In this document: positions 8,901-17,906 of the stretch, one piece after another
How positions within the stretch are numbered: the first letter of the stretch is position 1
Layout: the number at the start of each line of letters is the position of its first letter
NCBI GenBank assembly: GCA_014584465.1
Contig: JACTMU010000021.1
Span: 9,743-73,742 of the forward strand
DNA length: 64,000 nt
Origin: Pseudomonadota bacterium
GTDB taxonomy: Bacteria > Bdellovibrionota > Bdellovibrionia > Bdellovibrionales > JACTMU01
Reading direction: 5' to 3'
Translations under genes and position numbers: made by a program
Notes under the pieces: model-generated
The model's input: the letters and a program-made list of their open reading frames with translations, nothing else
Database searches by the model: none
What the model was told of the DNA's origin: nothing

Positions 8901-10834
8901 CGATGCATTCCATTCAGGCGCTTGACGGCCTCTTTGTATTCGGATTCAACTGGGTCAACGCTCGAAGGGCTTCGATCAGGTTGAGTCCTATTTGTGAGAG
9001 CATTGAGTGCGCTCAATGCTAGGTGGGAGTTTCCAGTTTGGTACGCGAGCACCACCAATTTCTTTTGAATCTCAACAGAGTAGGGGTCAAGTTCTCTGAG
9101 GTGAAGGACCAAGTTGAAGGCCTCAGCCTTCTTTCCAAATTGGAGATATTTCTCTAGGAGAACATTTCCAAGTTGAAGACTGCTTTTGTAGTGGTTGATG
9201 CCAGAAGTCCACTCTGCAAGAAGGGGCGTAAGCTCCTCAGAACGTTCGGCCCAACGAGCCAGGCGAATCTTTGCCTCTTTGGAAAACTCTCCGCCAAGCC
9301 CCTGTTCTTTGATGAGGAGTTCCTGAAGTTTGAGTTTGGCCTCTTTCATTTGATTTTTTGATGCAAGTTCCAAACTCGCCAACAGAGTCTTTGCTTCAGG
9401 GAGCACCATCTTTTGTTGAAGCTCTTCATAGTTGATGGTCGGTCCTCGAGTGCACTCGTTGAAACGGATCCATGTAAGTGCAAAAGATGGCTCAAAGAGA
9501 AGAATCTGATTTTCATTCATAAGGTCTTCAAATTTCTTACAACTTCTTGAGGTTGAGAGTTCACATTTCAGGTTGAGTTGTTGGTTGCAAAACCAACTGG
9601 CAACATCGATTTGTGAATCGGGGGGAAGATTTTCAAGTGTGATTTCAGCTGCAATTTCAGCCTGCTCCTGCCGATGAAGTCCCCAAAGAGCCTTCAAACG
9701 ATATTGACCGATGTAACTCTTAAGCCACGAGAAATTGGGAAGATATTGAAGAGTGGAAAGTGCGCGGTCATAATCTCGAATCTTCACGAAGTGTCTTGCG
9801 GCCCAAATCTTTAGATAGAGATGTGTTTGAGGAAGAATTTCATCGAGTTCTTGGCTGACGTGATCCAATTGCTCCTGAGCCCAATAGGAGAGAAGGCGGC
9901 TGATCATGCAGCTTTCTGAATCTTTCTTGAGCTCACAAGGTTTTTTGAGGTACTTGTGATAGAGATCCTCATCATCTGTGGAGGCAAATGCCAGGGCTAG
10001 GTAGGCCATATCTTCGTGAGAAGCCTCTTTCAGCGCATTGTTGGCTTCAAAGGTGAGGCAGCGTTCATCTGTGTGACCGACCGAAAAGAGAGCCATCGCA
10101 ATCTCAAGTCGAGAGAGGGGATGTGAGCTTTCTCTTTTGCTCTCTTCAACGGCTTCCTCAATGAGGGGACATGCAAGCGCTTCTTCCCCTTCGGATAGAT
10201 CATAGGAACTTTGTTGAAGTAGGAGTGCTTCGTGATAGGAGTAACCCGAGACAATGCCTACAAGAAGTGAGAAGAGTCCAAAGAAGAAGATGTGGACCAG
10301 TGTGCTTTCAAAGATGGAGGGATGAGATGAGTGGGACTGCTTAGGTGCAAGAACGATCGTGTCGGCAATCTTATCATGAAGTGGTCTTCGTTTGTGATCA
10401 GAGAGAATGGAGAGATGAGGTATAAGAAAAAGTAGGGACTCAATCCACCAGCCTAAGGCACGCAGAAGAGATTGGATGAAGGTGGGATGTCGATGATTCC
10501 AGAGGCAACGAACACGAAGCCCAAAGAAAAGTTTCCCAGGTGTACCTGAAACCAACCAAACAAAGAGGGTCTGGTAAAGTACCATAACTACGGAGAAGAG
10601 AGCGAAGTAGATCATCACAGATACGAAAAAGGAACCCTTTTCGCCAACAAGTTGGGAGATGTCCCATTCTCTTGCAACGGGTGCAAGAAGGAGCCTCGCT
10701 AGAGGTAAAAATATGAGCGTGTCAAAGATGAATGCCGCAAGGCGATCCAGTGGCGTTGCAAGAGAGATCTGCTCAAGATTGAGAGCGGCACTCTTGCTGT
10801 CATCGCTAGGTGAGATCGGATCATCCAAAACCAT
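8897..10834 (-). CDS. RDD-domain membrane protein with a long TPR-like C-terminal region
   Basis: N-terminus LDRLAAFIFDTLIFLPL... with 3-4 TM segments and R/D spacing typical of RDD proteins. About 430 C-terminal residues are helical-repeat-like. Confidence 0.65.
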   Translation of the reverse strand: MVLDDPISPSDDSKSAALNLEQISLATPLDRLAAFIFDTLIFLPLARLLLAPVAREWDISQLVGEKGSFFVSVMIYFALFSVVMVLYQTLFVWLVSGTPGKLFFGLRVRCLWNHRHPTFIQSLLRALGWWIESLLFLIPHLSILSDHKRRPLHDKIADTIVLAPKQSHSSHPSIFESTLVHIFFFGLFSLLVGIVSGYSYHEALLLQQSSYDLSEGEEALACPLIEEAVEESKRESSHPLSRLEIAMALFSVGHTDERCLTFEANNALKEASHEDMAYLALAFASTDDEDLYHKYLKKPCELKKDSESCMISRLLSYWAQEQLDHVSQELDEILPQTHLYLKIWAARHFVKIRDYDRALSTLQYLPNFSWLKSYIGQYRLKALWGLHRQEQAEIAAEITLENLPPDSQIDVASWFCNQQLNLKCELSTSRSCKKFEDLMNENQILLFEPSFALTWIRFNECTRGPTINYEELQQKMVLPEAKTLLASLELASKNQMKEAKLKLQELLIKEQGLGGEFSKEAKIRLARWAERSEELTPLLAEWTSGINHYKSSLQLGNVLLEKYLQFGKKAEAFNLVLHLRELDPYSVEIQKKLVVLAYQTGNSHLALSALNALTNRTQPDRSPSSVDPVESEYKEAVKRLNGMHR

Positions 10835-10941
10835 ACTATGGTATCGGAACGGATCTCGCCAAGCTTAAGACAAAAGTCGAGAGCAGGTTTTACGTCAGCC
10901 ACTACATCCAAGGCAAATTCGATCGTCTTAGGTCTAAGATC

Positions 10942-11691
10942 CTATTTTGAGATGACATCGCGTACAAGGAGCTTATGAAGTCGTCCGCTCAGATCGAGCT
11001 CGAAGTGAGCCTCTCCTACAAGGAGCCCTGCGGCATCACGAAGCGTGTAGATCTCAGATTTGCGATTGTCCACAATTTGAGAAGATTTCTTGAGCGCATC
11101 GGCAAAGGAGTTTGGCATCATACTTTTATAATCCAAGATGAACTCAACAGGATTTTCTACATAGGCAAGATGGTCCTCGGAGTGATCTTGGTCTACGAAA
11201 AGAATCTCTTGAAGTTTACCCTCTTTGTTGAGGCGAACAGAGTAGTTTCCAGAGAGCCTTTCAAAGAGGAGTCGTTGAAGTTCCGTGGGAGGACGACCGA
11301 CACTTGCACTTGATCGACCGACTTTCTTGGACAAACTCTTTGCGATCTCATGCTCCCATTTGGTGCGTCGAGAGGAGTGTTTTCGTGGTTGATCCCCAAC
11401 ACTTGCCAGTCCTCGCTCTCCCTGACGAGTAGGGAGGTGATCACTCGAAGTGAAGTAGAGTCCATTTGCCAGGGTGACAAGAAATAAAAGTGAGAGAAGC
11501 GAGACCAAAATCCACGTGGAACGCTTCATCTTTGCTTCGCCATGAGATCTCTCGTGACCCTGACGGCCGTCAAGGGCACGGATGGCAGCACGACTCTTTT
11601 CCTGGTTGTTGTCACTCATACTCTTTTCCAACAGACGATTCTCTGGGCAAGCCATGACACTCCTCCTTGGTTCACCAACCTTCACTCCCAA
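10942..11691 (-). CDS. hypothetical membrane-anchored or secreted protein
   Basis: Hydrophobic segment MKRSTWILVSLLSLLFLVTLANG. Possible starts at 11691, 11619 (MSDNNQ) or 11529 (MKRSTW). No recognised domain. Confidence 0.45.
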   Translation of the reverse strand: MGVKVGEPRRSVMACPENRLLEKSMSDNNQEKSRAAIRALDGRQGHERSHGEAKMKRSTWILVSLLSLLFLVTLANGLYFTSSDHLPTRQGERGLASVGDQPRKHSSRRTKWEHEIAKSLSKKVGRSSASVGRPPTELQRLLFERLSGNYSVRLNKEGKLQEILFVDQDHSEDHLAYVENPVEFILDYKSMMPNSFADALKKSSQIVDNRKSEIYTLRDAAGLLVGEAHFELDLSGRLHKLLVRDVISK

Positions 11692-11756
11692 CTATTGATT
11701 CCTTCAGGAGTTAGTGCCAATTCCGTGCCGTGCCTACCTCAATCTATTTCAATCTA

Positions 11757-11777
11757 GGTGTTGACAAAGTCAACACC
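11757..11777. promoter_or_regulatory. perfect 21-bp palindrome GGTGTTGACAAAGTCAACACC
   Basis: 9-bp arms around AAA. Same length and same GGTGT...ACACC termini as the palindrome at 3361. Sits between the Fis-type gene stop (11810) and the next gene. Confidence 0.3.
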
Positions 11778-11809
11778 TGCCAATTTAGGGCATGACAAAA
11801 ATAGCGAAT

Positions 11810-12277
11810 CTAAGCTGCACGACGCTTTCGCGCTTCATTTGCGTCAATCTGATAGAGCTTAACCTTTCGATAAAGGGTCGCCCGACCTATTCCCAGAGCT
11901 CTTGCAGCTTCTGTCAGGTTGCCATTGTACTCAAAGATGGCATTCTCAATTGCAATGGCCTCAATTTCATTGATGGTGGAGATTTTTCTTGCTTTGGATC
12001 CTGAACGGGCCATCATTCGGGTCCCAGAACCCTCATGAGCCTCTTCGGGTGATGGAAAGGGGAGCACATTGCCCATCCCAGTTGTGTTTCGATAAAGGGT
12101 CTGATCTGAGTTTTCAACTGTGACTATATCTTTGAGAAAACCTGGCTCTCCTGAGCACTGTTGCCATTCCTTGGTGGAGTAGGTGATCACATCGAGACTG
12201 TTGAGATTGCCAAATTGCTGCCCTCTTTGAACAATCTCAACATCATCGCTCACGATGATAATAGTGGAACGCGTCAT
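11810..12277 (-). CDS. Fis-type helix-turn-helix DNA-binding protein
   Basis: C-terminal GNLTEAARALGIGRATLYRKVK is the Fis/NtrC-type HTH_8 motif. AGGAGG RBS lies before ATG 12277. The N-terminal about 100 aa are unassigned. Confidence 0.65.
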   Translation of the reverse strand: MTRSTIIIVSDDVEIVQRGQQFGNLNSLDVITYSTKEWQQCSGEPGFLKDIVTVENSDQTLYRNTTGMGNVLPFPSPEEAHEGSGTRMMARSGSKARKISTINEIEAIAIENAIFEYNGNLTEAARALGIGRATLYRKVKLYQIDANEARKRRAA

Positions 12278-12574
12278 AATACCTCCTAGGCACTTGGCTT
12301 CCCTGGGATCAGGGTGGCCCCATGCAGAGTCTATCGGAGGCGAAGGTCAAAAAGTTTAGCCCAAAATGAAACTCTTTCCTTCAAAAGCGTGTAACTTATT
12401 GAATTCTAAGAGTTTTTTTTGAGACATTGGTCTGTGCCGAAATGACTCACAGCTTCATTTTTTGATCGAGCTCAGTCCTTCCAACATTTAAACCCGGTTC
12501 CAAAATTAGAATTAGAAAAGGAGATAAAAGTCATCAAAGGTGCTGCCAGAGAGCCGGGTTTAGAATCAGGACGC

Positions 12575-13066
12575 CTAACGGCGGCCTGATTTAATCTTGA
12601 CCTGCATTTTGGCAATAAGATGAACTGCCATTTTTTCGTGGACCCGGCACATTTTCAGTTCATCGCGCCTGTAGGAACGTTGGCTTGGGGTCAGCGTGCC
12701 CGTTTCAAGTTCCATCTCATAATCGAGCTTGTTGGATCGAATCCCTTCAAGCTCCTTGGTCTGTTGCTTGAAGAGCTTGGTAACACCACTGATTGGAGCA
12801 ACATCGAGCCACTCTTCGCGACCCTTGTACCATCCTACCATTCTCAAAAATCGAGCCTTATTCTTTGCAAGCGTGAAGAGGGGGTATTGCTCCTCAGGAA
12901 GGGCCAGAATGTTGTCAATTCTGTCGAAATCGAAATCGAAATCGGACTCATCGGCATCGAGAAGGCCATCCTCGCCTGCAACAGCTGCAAATGACTCGGG
13001 AAATGAACCCCCTACCTTGATTTCGATCTGTTCACCACCCTCTGATATCCATGATTCTTCCATCAT
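12575..13066 (-). CDS. hypothetical acidic protein
   Basis: 163 aa with GGGAGGGG RBS upstream of ATG 13066. No recognised motif. Contains DESDFDFDFD encoded by a (TCGAAA)3 repeat. Confidence 0.5.
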   Translation of the reverse strand: MMEESWISEGGEQIEIKVGGSFPESFAAVAGEDGLLDADESDFDFDFDRIDNILALPEEQYPLFTLAKNKARFLRMVGWYKGREEWLDVAPISGVTKLFKQQTKELEGIRSNKLDYEMELETGTLTPSQRSYRRDELKMCRVHEKMAVHLIAKMQVKIKSGRR

Positions 13067-13125
13067 AATCCACCCCTCCCAAAGATAAAGATGTGGAAAT
13101 CTTTATAACACAAAACTTCAAAAAA

Positions 13126-13500
13126 CTAAAGACCCCATTTTCGACTCAGAACCACCCCCACAAGACATGCTGCAAAAGAAAGTACGTTATTTGCCAAGAA
13201 TGTGGCGAAGAGACCCAACCACTGGTGTCTTTGCGAAAACTCAACAGCCTGTAGTGTGAAGGTCGAAAAGGTCGTTAAGGCTCCCATTCCACCCACGATA
13301 AGACCAAGACGCATGGACTGGGTCAAGAATGGAAGAGAATAGAGCAGGCCGGCTAAAAAGCTTCCTAAAACATTCACGATGATCGTTCCCAAGGGAACAG
13401 AGTAGCTTGCGGTCAAGAGAGTGATGGCATACCGACACCACGCGCCTACAACTGCAAAGATCGCAATAAGGGTCCAATCTCCCAAAAACATGGGCATCAC
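13126..13500 (-). CDS. crcB: fluoride ion channel CrcB/FluC
   Basis: 124 aa, 4 TM, with the GGMGALTTFSTF motif. Start (GTG 13500 or ATG 13497) overlaps the upstream lipoprotein stop. Confidence 0.85.
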   Translation of the reverse strand: MMPMFLGDWTLIAIFAVVGAWCRYAITLLTASYSVPLGTIIVNVLGSFLAGLLYSLPFLTQSMRLGLIVGGMGALTTFSTFTLQAVEFSQRHQWLGLFATFLANNVLSFAACLVGVVLSRKWGL

Positions 13501-14444
13501 TCCAAGGAAATGGCAATGGCAAGAATGCCATGTTGAGGGAGGAAGACTCGATCTGTTCGAATCGACTCCGTGGTTTTCTTGCTGACGGTTGTTCCGTCAG
13601 AAACCTCAACTGTGATATTGATTTGATTGAAGTTTTGAATCGACTCAATTCGATGGGGATCCGTCAACACTTGAAACTCATAGCCATCGGAAACAGATCT
13701 TTGGCCCTTAAAGAGGAGGAACCGCTGTTCATAGGTGACCGCTCCACTGACCTTGATCTTCTTATCTTCGCTTTCACAGGAGGATTGAGTGTAGGTTGAA
13801 AAACGTGTCGCATTTTCTGGCGTTTCATTGAGATCTTCGCTTGTGATGTCTTCAAATCCTTCTGGTAACTTGGTCTCCTGAAGAAGAGTCTCCCAGTTCT
13901 CACTACTGATTCTCATATTGTCTTTAACGACCCCAACTCTCAGGGGCTCACCATTGCCTGAGGAGCATAAGACAGGGCTGTTGCTGCCATTTTCCGAGAG
14001 CACCCTGCGCGAGATGGTCTCCAGCTCCTTTTCAAGGTTGGTTTGGATCTGTTTGAGCCGCTGGTCCATCAACGAGGCGATCTTATCTTCATCTGGGAGT
14101 TGGCGATCCACAGGAGAAGATGCGAGGACCTCATTCGTCTCCTTGGAGTTTGAGTTGCTGTGATGCTCACCTTTATTCGGAGGAGGTTGAGCGTCGCTCT
14201 TTGGGGAGGCAACGTCGTAGGGGTTCTTGTCCGAGCCCTTTTTCTTCTTGGAATCATCGCTTTCGTTTTTTTCGCTCTCGCCCGATCTCGAGGTACGAGA
14301 TGAGGTCACGGCTGCACTCTTGGCGACTTGATTTGAGCCATAGGAGCCATAGTTTGATTCGGATAGCTCACTGCTCTTTGTGCATCCTGCGGTCCCAAAG
14401 GCCGCAATGAGTAGAGTTGTAAAGATTGCTTTTCGTGTGATCAT
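13497..14444 (-). CDS. lipoprotein of unknown function
   Basis: MITRKAIFTTLLIAAFGTAGC lipobox with GGAGAGGGA RBS before ATG 14444. Ser/Lys/Glu-rich linker followed by a C-terminal domain with no recognised motif. Confidence 0.6.
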   Translation of the reverse strand: MITRKAIFTTLLIAAFGTAGCTKSSELSESNYGSYGSNQVAKSAAVTSSRTSRSGESEKNESDDSKKKKGSDKNPYDVASPKSDAQPPPNKGEHHSNSNSKETNEVLASSPVDRQLPDEDKIASLMDQRLKQIQTNLEKELETISRRVLSENGSNSPVLCSSGNGEPLRVGVVKDNMRISSENWETLLQETKLPEGFEDITSEDLNETPENATRFSTYTQSSCESEDKKIKVSGAVTYEQRFLLFKGQRSVSDGYEFQVLTDPHRIESIQNFNQINITVEVSDGTTVSKKTTESIRTDRVFLPQHGILAIAISLE

Positions 14445-14657
14445 AAAATTCCCTCTCCCAATCCAGAGTGAAAACTCCGGCCTATTAATGCAGAGCATTA
14501 TATCACGAATTTTGAGATTGAACAGGGTCACCATCGATCATGAAAAAGTTTACATGGCCGTGTCGTAAACTGTCTCTGAAATGCATCTGAACTTCACCTG
14601 AACTTCATCACAACCGTTGAGACTGGCATCAGGTGGTGGATCCCTTTGGTTTTCGAC

Positions 14658-14692
14658 AATTAGAAATTAGAATTTCGAAATTACAATTTAGC
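14658..14692. promoter_or_regulatory. five tandem AT-rich heptamers upstream of the homogentisate operon
   Basis: AATTAGA AATTAGA ATTTCGA AATTACA ATTTAGC read directly, 70-100 nt upstream of the hmgA start. Contains the near-palindrome TTAGAATTTCGAAATTACA (14667-14685). Confidence 0.3.
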
Positions 14693-14760
14693 ACATGACT
14701 TTGTGGTCATCTTTGATATTGATGAAATCTGTATTTCTCGAGTGCAAGGAGGAAGGGGAG

Positions 14761-15858
14761 ATGATTCCATACATAAAGGGAAAAATTACAAAGCAGGCCC
14801 ATGTTGATATCCCCGAAGGTTGTGTTGAAGAAGAGATGGGGAGAGAGGGTTTTTTTGGAAGATATGCCCATCTTTTTCGAAGTGAGCCTCCAACCAACTG
14901 GACAAGGATCGAAGGTCCTCTTCGTCCTCACGCATATGATTTCAACAAGGTTTCAGGAATCATGGAGAGCCCTAAGAATCGTCTAACCTATTTTGAAAAC
15001 AGGGATCTCAAGATCTCCTTTTTTTCGATCACAAGTGAGATGAACTCCTTTTTTCGAAATGCCGACGGCGATGATCTCTACTTTGTTCATCGTGGCCGTG
15101 GTGAGGTGGAGACTGATTTTGGACCACTTAGCTATGAAGAGGGTGACTATCTGTTGATTCCAAGAGGAACGGTGGTCCGATTTCTCCCACGAACAGCTAC
15201 GATGACCTTGTTGATTGAAAGTTCAAGTGAGTTCAAATTTCCTGAAAAGGGGTTGTTGGGGCACCATGCCCTTTTTGATCCGGCTGTATTGACTGTTCCA
15301 GAGCCCTCCACGCCGCCCTCAAGGATTGCAAAGGCGAGTGAATATCGATTGGACATTCAGAGAGTTGGTGAGATCACTTCAGTCTACTATCCAAACCCTC
15401 CCATCAATGCGCTAGGATGGAAGGGCACTCTTTCGCCTTGGAAGCTCAATGTTCGGGAAATTCGTCCGATCAGCTGTGAACGGTATCATCTGCCGCCGTC
15501 GGCTCATACAACTTTGGTTGCGAAGAATTTTGTAATCTGTTCCTTTTTGCCGCGGCCATTGGAGACGGGTGATCCTGGTGCTCTTCGTGTGCCCTTTTAT
15601 CACTCCAATATTGATTATGATGAGGTGATCTTTTATCATTCAGGTGAGTTTTTTTCACGATCCACCATTTCTGAGGGTATGTTGACATTTCACCCCCAGG
15701 GAATTCACCATGGACCCCACCCAAACGCCGTGGAGCGATCCCACAGCGTGGAGAGGACCAATGAGATTGCGGTGATGATTGACACTCGATATCCGCTTCA
15801 TCCGACTCAAATAGCGTCAAAAATCGAGATTCAAGATTATTGGAATTCATGGAAATAA
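14761..15858 (+). CDS. hmgA: homogentisate 1,2-dioxygenase (short, Bacillus-like type)
   Basis: GREGFFGRYAHLF..PPTNW and YHSNIDYDEVIFYHSGEFFSR...HPQGIHHGPHP cupin motifs. AGGAGGAAGGGGAG RBS before ATG 14761. Heads an operon with hppD, a FAH-family gene and maiA. Confidence 0.8.
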   Translation: MIPYIKGKITKQAHVDIPEGCVEEEMGREGFFGRYAHLFRSEPPTNWTRIEGPLRPHAYDFNKVSGIMESPKNRLTYFENRDLKISFFSITSEMNSFFRNADGDDLYFVHRGRGEVETDFGPLSYEEGDYLLIPRGTVVRFLPRTATMTLLIESSSEFKFPEKGLLGHHALFDPAVLTVPEPSTPPSRIAKASEYRLDIQRVGEITSVYYPNPPINALGWKGTLSPWKLNVREIRPISCERYHLPPSAHTTLVAKNFVICSFLPRPLETGDPGALRVPFYHSNIDYDEVIFYHSGEFFSRSTISEGMLTFHPQGIHHGPHPNAVERSHSVERTNEIAVMIDTRYPLHPTQIASKIEIQDYWNSWK

Positions 15859-15861
15859 GGA

Positions 15862-16914
15862 GTGATGATGATGTCTGTAAATGAATTGGGACTCATGGGA
15901 ATTGAGTTTGTTGAATTCACCTCACCCAAACCGAGCGAAATCGAAACTACGTTTCGAGATTTGGGGTTTTCAAAGATCAAACGACACAAGAGGCGAGCCA
16001 TCGATCTTTGGCAGCAGAATGACATTCACTTTTTGTTGTCTCAGGAAGATGGATCATTTGCTCAATCTTTTTCCAAAGCCCATGGTCCAAGTATATCGTC
16101 CATGGGTTGGCGATTTAAGGATGCCAAACTGGCTTGGGAGATGGCGGTAAAGAGAGGGGCATCTCCATGCAAGAGAGGGGATTATGAAGATTCTTTGGGT
16201 CAACCCATTCCTGCAGTCTATGGCATTGGTGAGAGTCTGATCTATTTTTTGGATGCAGGATCTTCGGATCGAGTTTATGAAAATCTTCAATTTGCGGAAC
16301 ACCCTTCTCCGGACCTCAGACAATCCTGTGGATTCATTTTGGTGGATCACCTGACCAACAATGTTTATCAAGGAGCACTCAAAAAGTGGGCTCAATTTTA
16401 CAAGGAGATTTTTGATTTTTCAGAGGTGAGGTATTTCGACATACGGGGACAGAAGACGGGACTCAAGAGTTATGCGCTCAGATCTCCTTGCGGAACCTTT
16501 TGCATTCCGATCAATGAGGGGAGTGAAAAGAAATCTCAAATCAACGAGTACTTAGATGTCTATCATGGCGAGGGGATTCAGCACATTGCCTTTATGACCC
16601 ATGACATTTGTAAATCACTATCTCAAGTCGGCTCCTCGGTGAATTTTTTGGACATTGAGCCCAGCTACTACCGAGAGGTTTTCGGACGGGTTCCCAACGT
16701 ATCTGAGAACCATAGTGAGATTGAGAAGTATTCCGTGCTGGTCGATGGCGATGTGCGTGGTTATCTCCTTCAGATTTTTACAAAGAATCTGGTAGGACCA
16801 ATTTTCATTGAGATCATTCAGAGGAAGAACCACCTCTCTTTTGGTGAGGGGAATTTTGGGGCGCTCTTTCGATCCATTGAACTGGATCAAGAGAAGCGGG
16901 GGTATCTCAAATGA
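15862..16914 (+). CDS. hppD: 4-hydroxyphenylpyruvate dioxygenase
   Basis: GIEFVEF, GEGIQHIAF, LLQIFT, FIEIIQRKN..FGEGNFGALF motifs; 350 aa. Confidence 0.9.
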   Translation: MMMMSVNELGLMGIEFVEFTSPKPSEIETTFRDLGFSKIKRHKRRAIDLWQQNDIHFLLSQEDGSFAQSFSKAHGPSISSMGWRFKDAKLAWEMAVKRGASPCKRGDYEDSLGQPIPAVYGIGESLIYFLDAGSSDRVYENLQFAEHPSPDLRQSCGFILVDHLTNNVYQGALKKWAQFYKEIFDFSEVRYFDIRGQKTGLKSYALRSPCGTFCIPINEGSEKKSQINEYLDVYHGEGIQHIAFMTHDICKSLSQVGSSVNFLDIEPSYYREVFGRVPNVSENHSEIEKYSVLVDGDVRGYLLQIFTKNLVGPIFIEIIQRKNHLSFGEGNFGALFRSIELDQEKRGYLK

Positions 16915-17906
16915 AGCTTGCATCGCTGAAGGAAGGTCGTGATGGTGAGTTGATCGTGGTGAAGCGAGACCTCTCCTCTGCGGTTCGGGTCCGTGGTGTG
17001 GCCAGGACGATGCAAGAGGCGTTGGATCACTGGTCCAAGGTGAAAGGACCACTTCAGGAGATCTCTCAAGATCTGAACAATGGCAAATCGACACTGAACT
17101 CTTTTCGTCTTCAGTTTGAAGAACTGGCCGCTCCACTTCCTCGCGCCTATCAGTGGGTGGATGGGAGTGCCTACCTCAATCATGTTCAGTTGGTGAGAAA
17201 GGCGCGCGGTGCCGAGATGCCCGAGAGTTTTTGGACCGATCCGCTCATGTATCAAGGTGCCTCGGACTCTCTTTTGGGGCCAAGAGAGCCCGTTCAGGTG
17301 GCGGACGAGGCCTGGGGAATTGATTTTGAATCTGAAGTGGCCGTCATTACAGATGATGTGCCCATGGGTGTGACCACTGAGAGGGCCAAAGATCACATTC
17401 AACTTCTGGTTTTGGTCAATGATGTCAGCCTTCGTAATTTAATCCCAAGCGAGCTGGCCAAGGGATTTGGTTTTTTGCATGGGAAACCTACCACCTCATT
17501 CTCTCCTGTGGCAGTTTCACCTGATGAACTTGGTGCAGCGTGGAAGGATTGTAAGGTTCACTTACCGCTAAAGACCTATTTGAATGAAAAACTTTTTGGT
17601 TCCCCCAATGCAGGTGTGGAGATGAATTTTAACTTTGCGCAACTGATTGCTCATGCAGCCAAGAGTCGCCAATTGACGGCAGGATCCATTGTGGGATCGG
17701 GGACTGTTTCTAATAGTGATCGGAGTAAGGGGTTTTCTTGTATCGCAGAGCAAAGGATGGTGGAGACCATAGATTCGGGCAAGGCTGTAACTCCATTTGC
17801 CTCCTTTGGTGATCGCATTCGCATTGAGATGTGTGATGAAAAGGGAGACTCTATTTTTGGTTCCATTGACCAGAAAATTGAGAAGTATGGAGGAAAGTTC
17901 CGTTGA
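16911..17906 (+). CDS. fumarylacetoacetate hydrolase family protein (probable fumarylacetoacetase of the operon)
   Basis: 331-aa FAH-family layout (MKLASLKEGRDGELIVV...). 4-nt overlaps with the genes on both sides. The specific function is assigned from operon context. Confidence 0.7.
   Translation: MKLASLKEGRDGELIVVKRDLSSAVRVRGVARTMQEALDHWSKVKGPLQEISQDLNNGKSTLNSFRLQFEELAAPLPRAYQWVDGSAYLNHVQLVRKARGAEMPESFWTDPLMYQGASDSLLGPREPVQVADEAWGIDFESEVAVITDDVPMGVTTERAKDHIQLLVLVNDVSLRNLIPSELAKGFGFLHGKPTTSFSPVAVSPDELGAAWKDCKVHLPLKTYLNEKLFGSPNAGVEMNFNFAQLIAHAAKSRQLTAGSIVGSGTVSNSDRSKGFSCIAEQRMVETIDSGKAVTPFASFGDRIRIEMCDEKGDSIFGSIDQKIEKYGGKFR

Noticed and set aside
12924-12944. (TCGAAA)3 hexanucleotide microsatellite
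   Set aside because: It is in-frame within the CDS 12575-13066 and encodes DFDFDFD. Unit length 6 preserves the frame, so it is not a phase-variation switch. Only three units are present.
14445-14694. Possible fluoride riboswitch upstream of the lipoprotein-crcB operon (a CUGAUG-like string in CCACCACCUGAUGCC on the minus strand)
   Set aside because: Only the short CUGAUG string matches. The P1/P3 helices and pseudoknot of the crcB motif cannot be drawn. A covariance model would be needed to exclude it fully.
14688-14704. Sigma-54-like promoter TAGCAC-N5-TTTG upstream of hmgA
   Set aside because: The essential -24 GG is AG and the -12 GC is TG. No enhancer-binding protein gene is adjacent.
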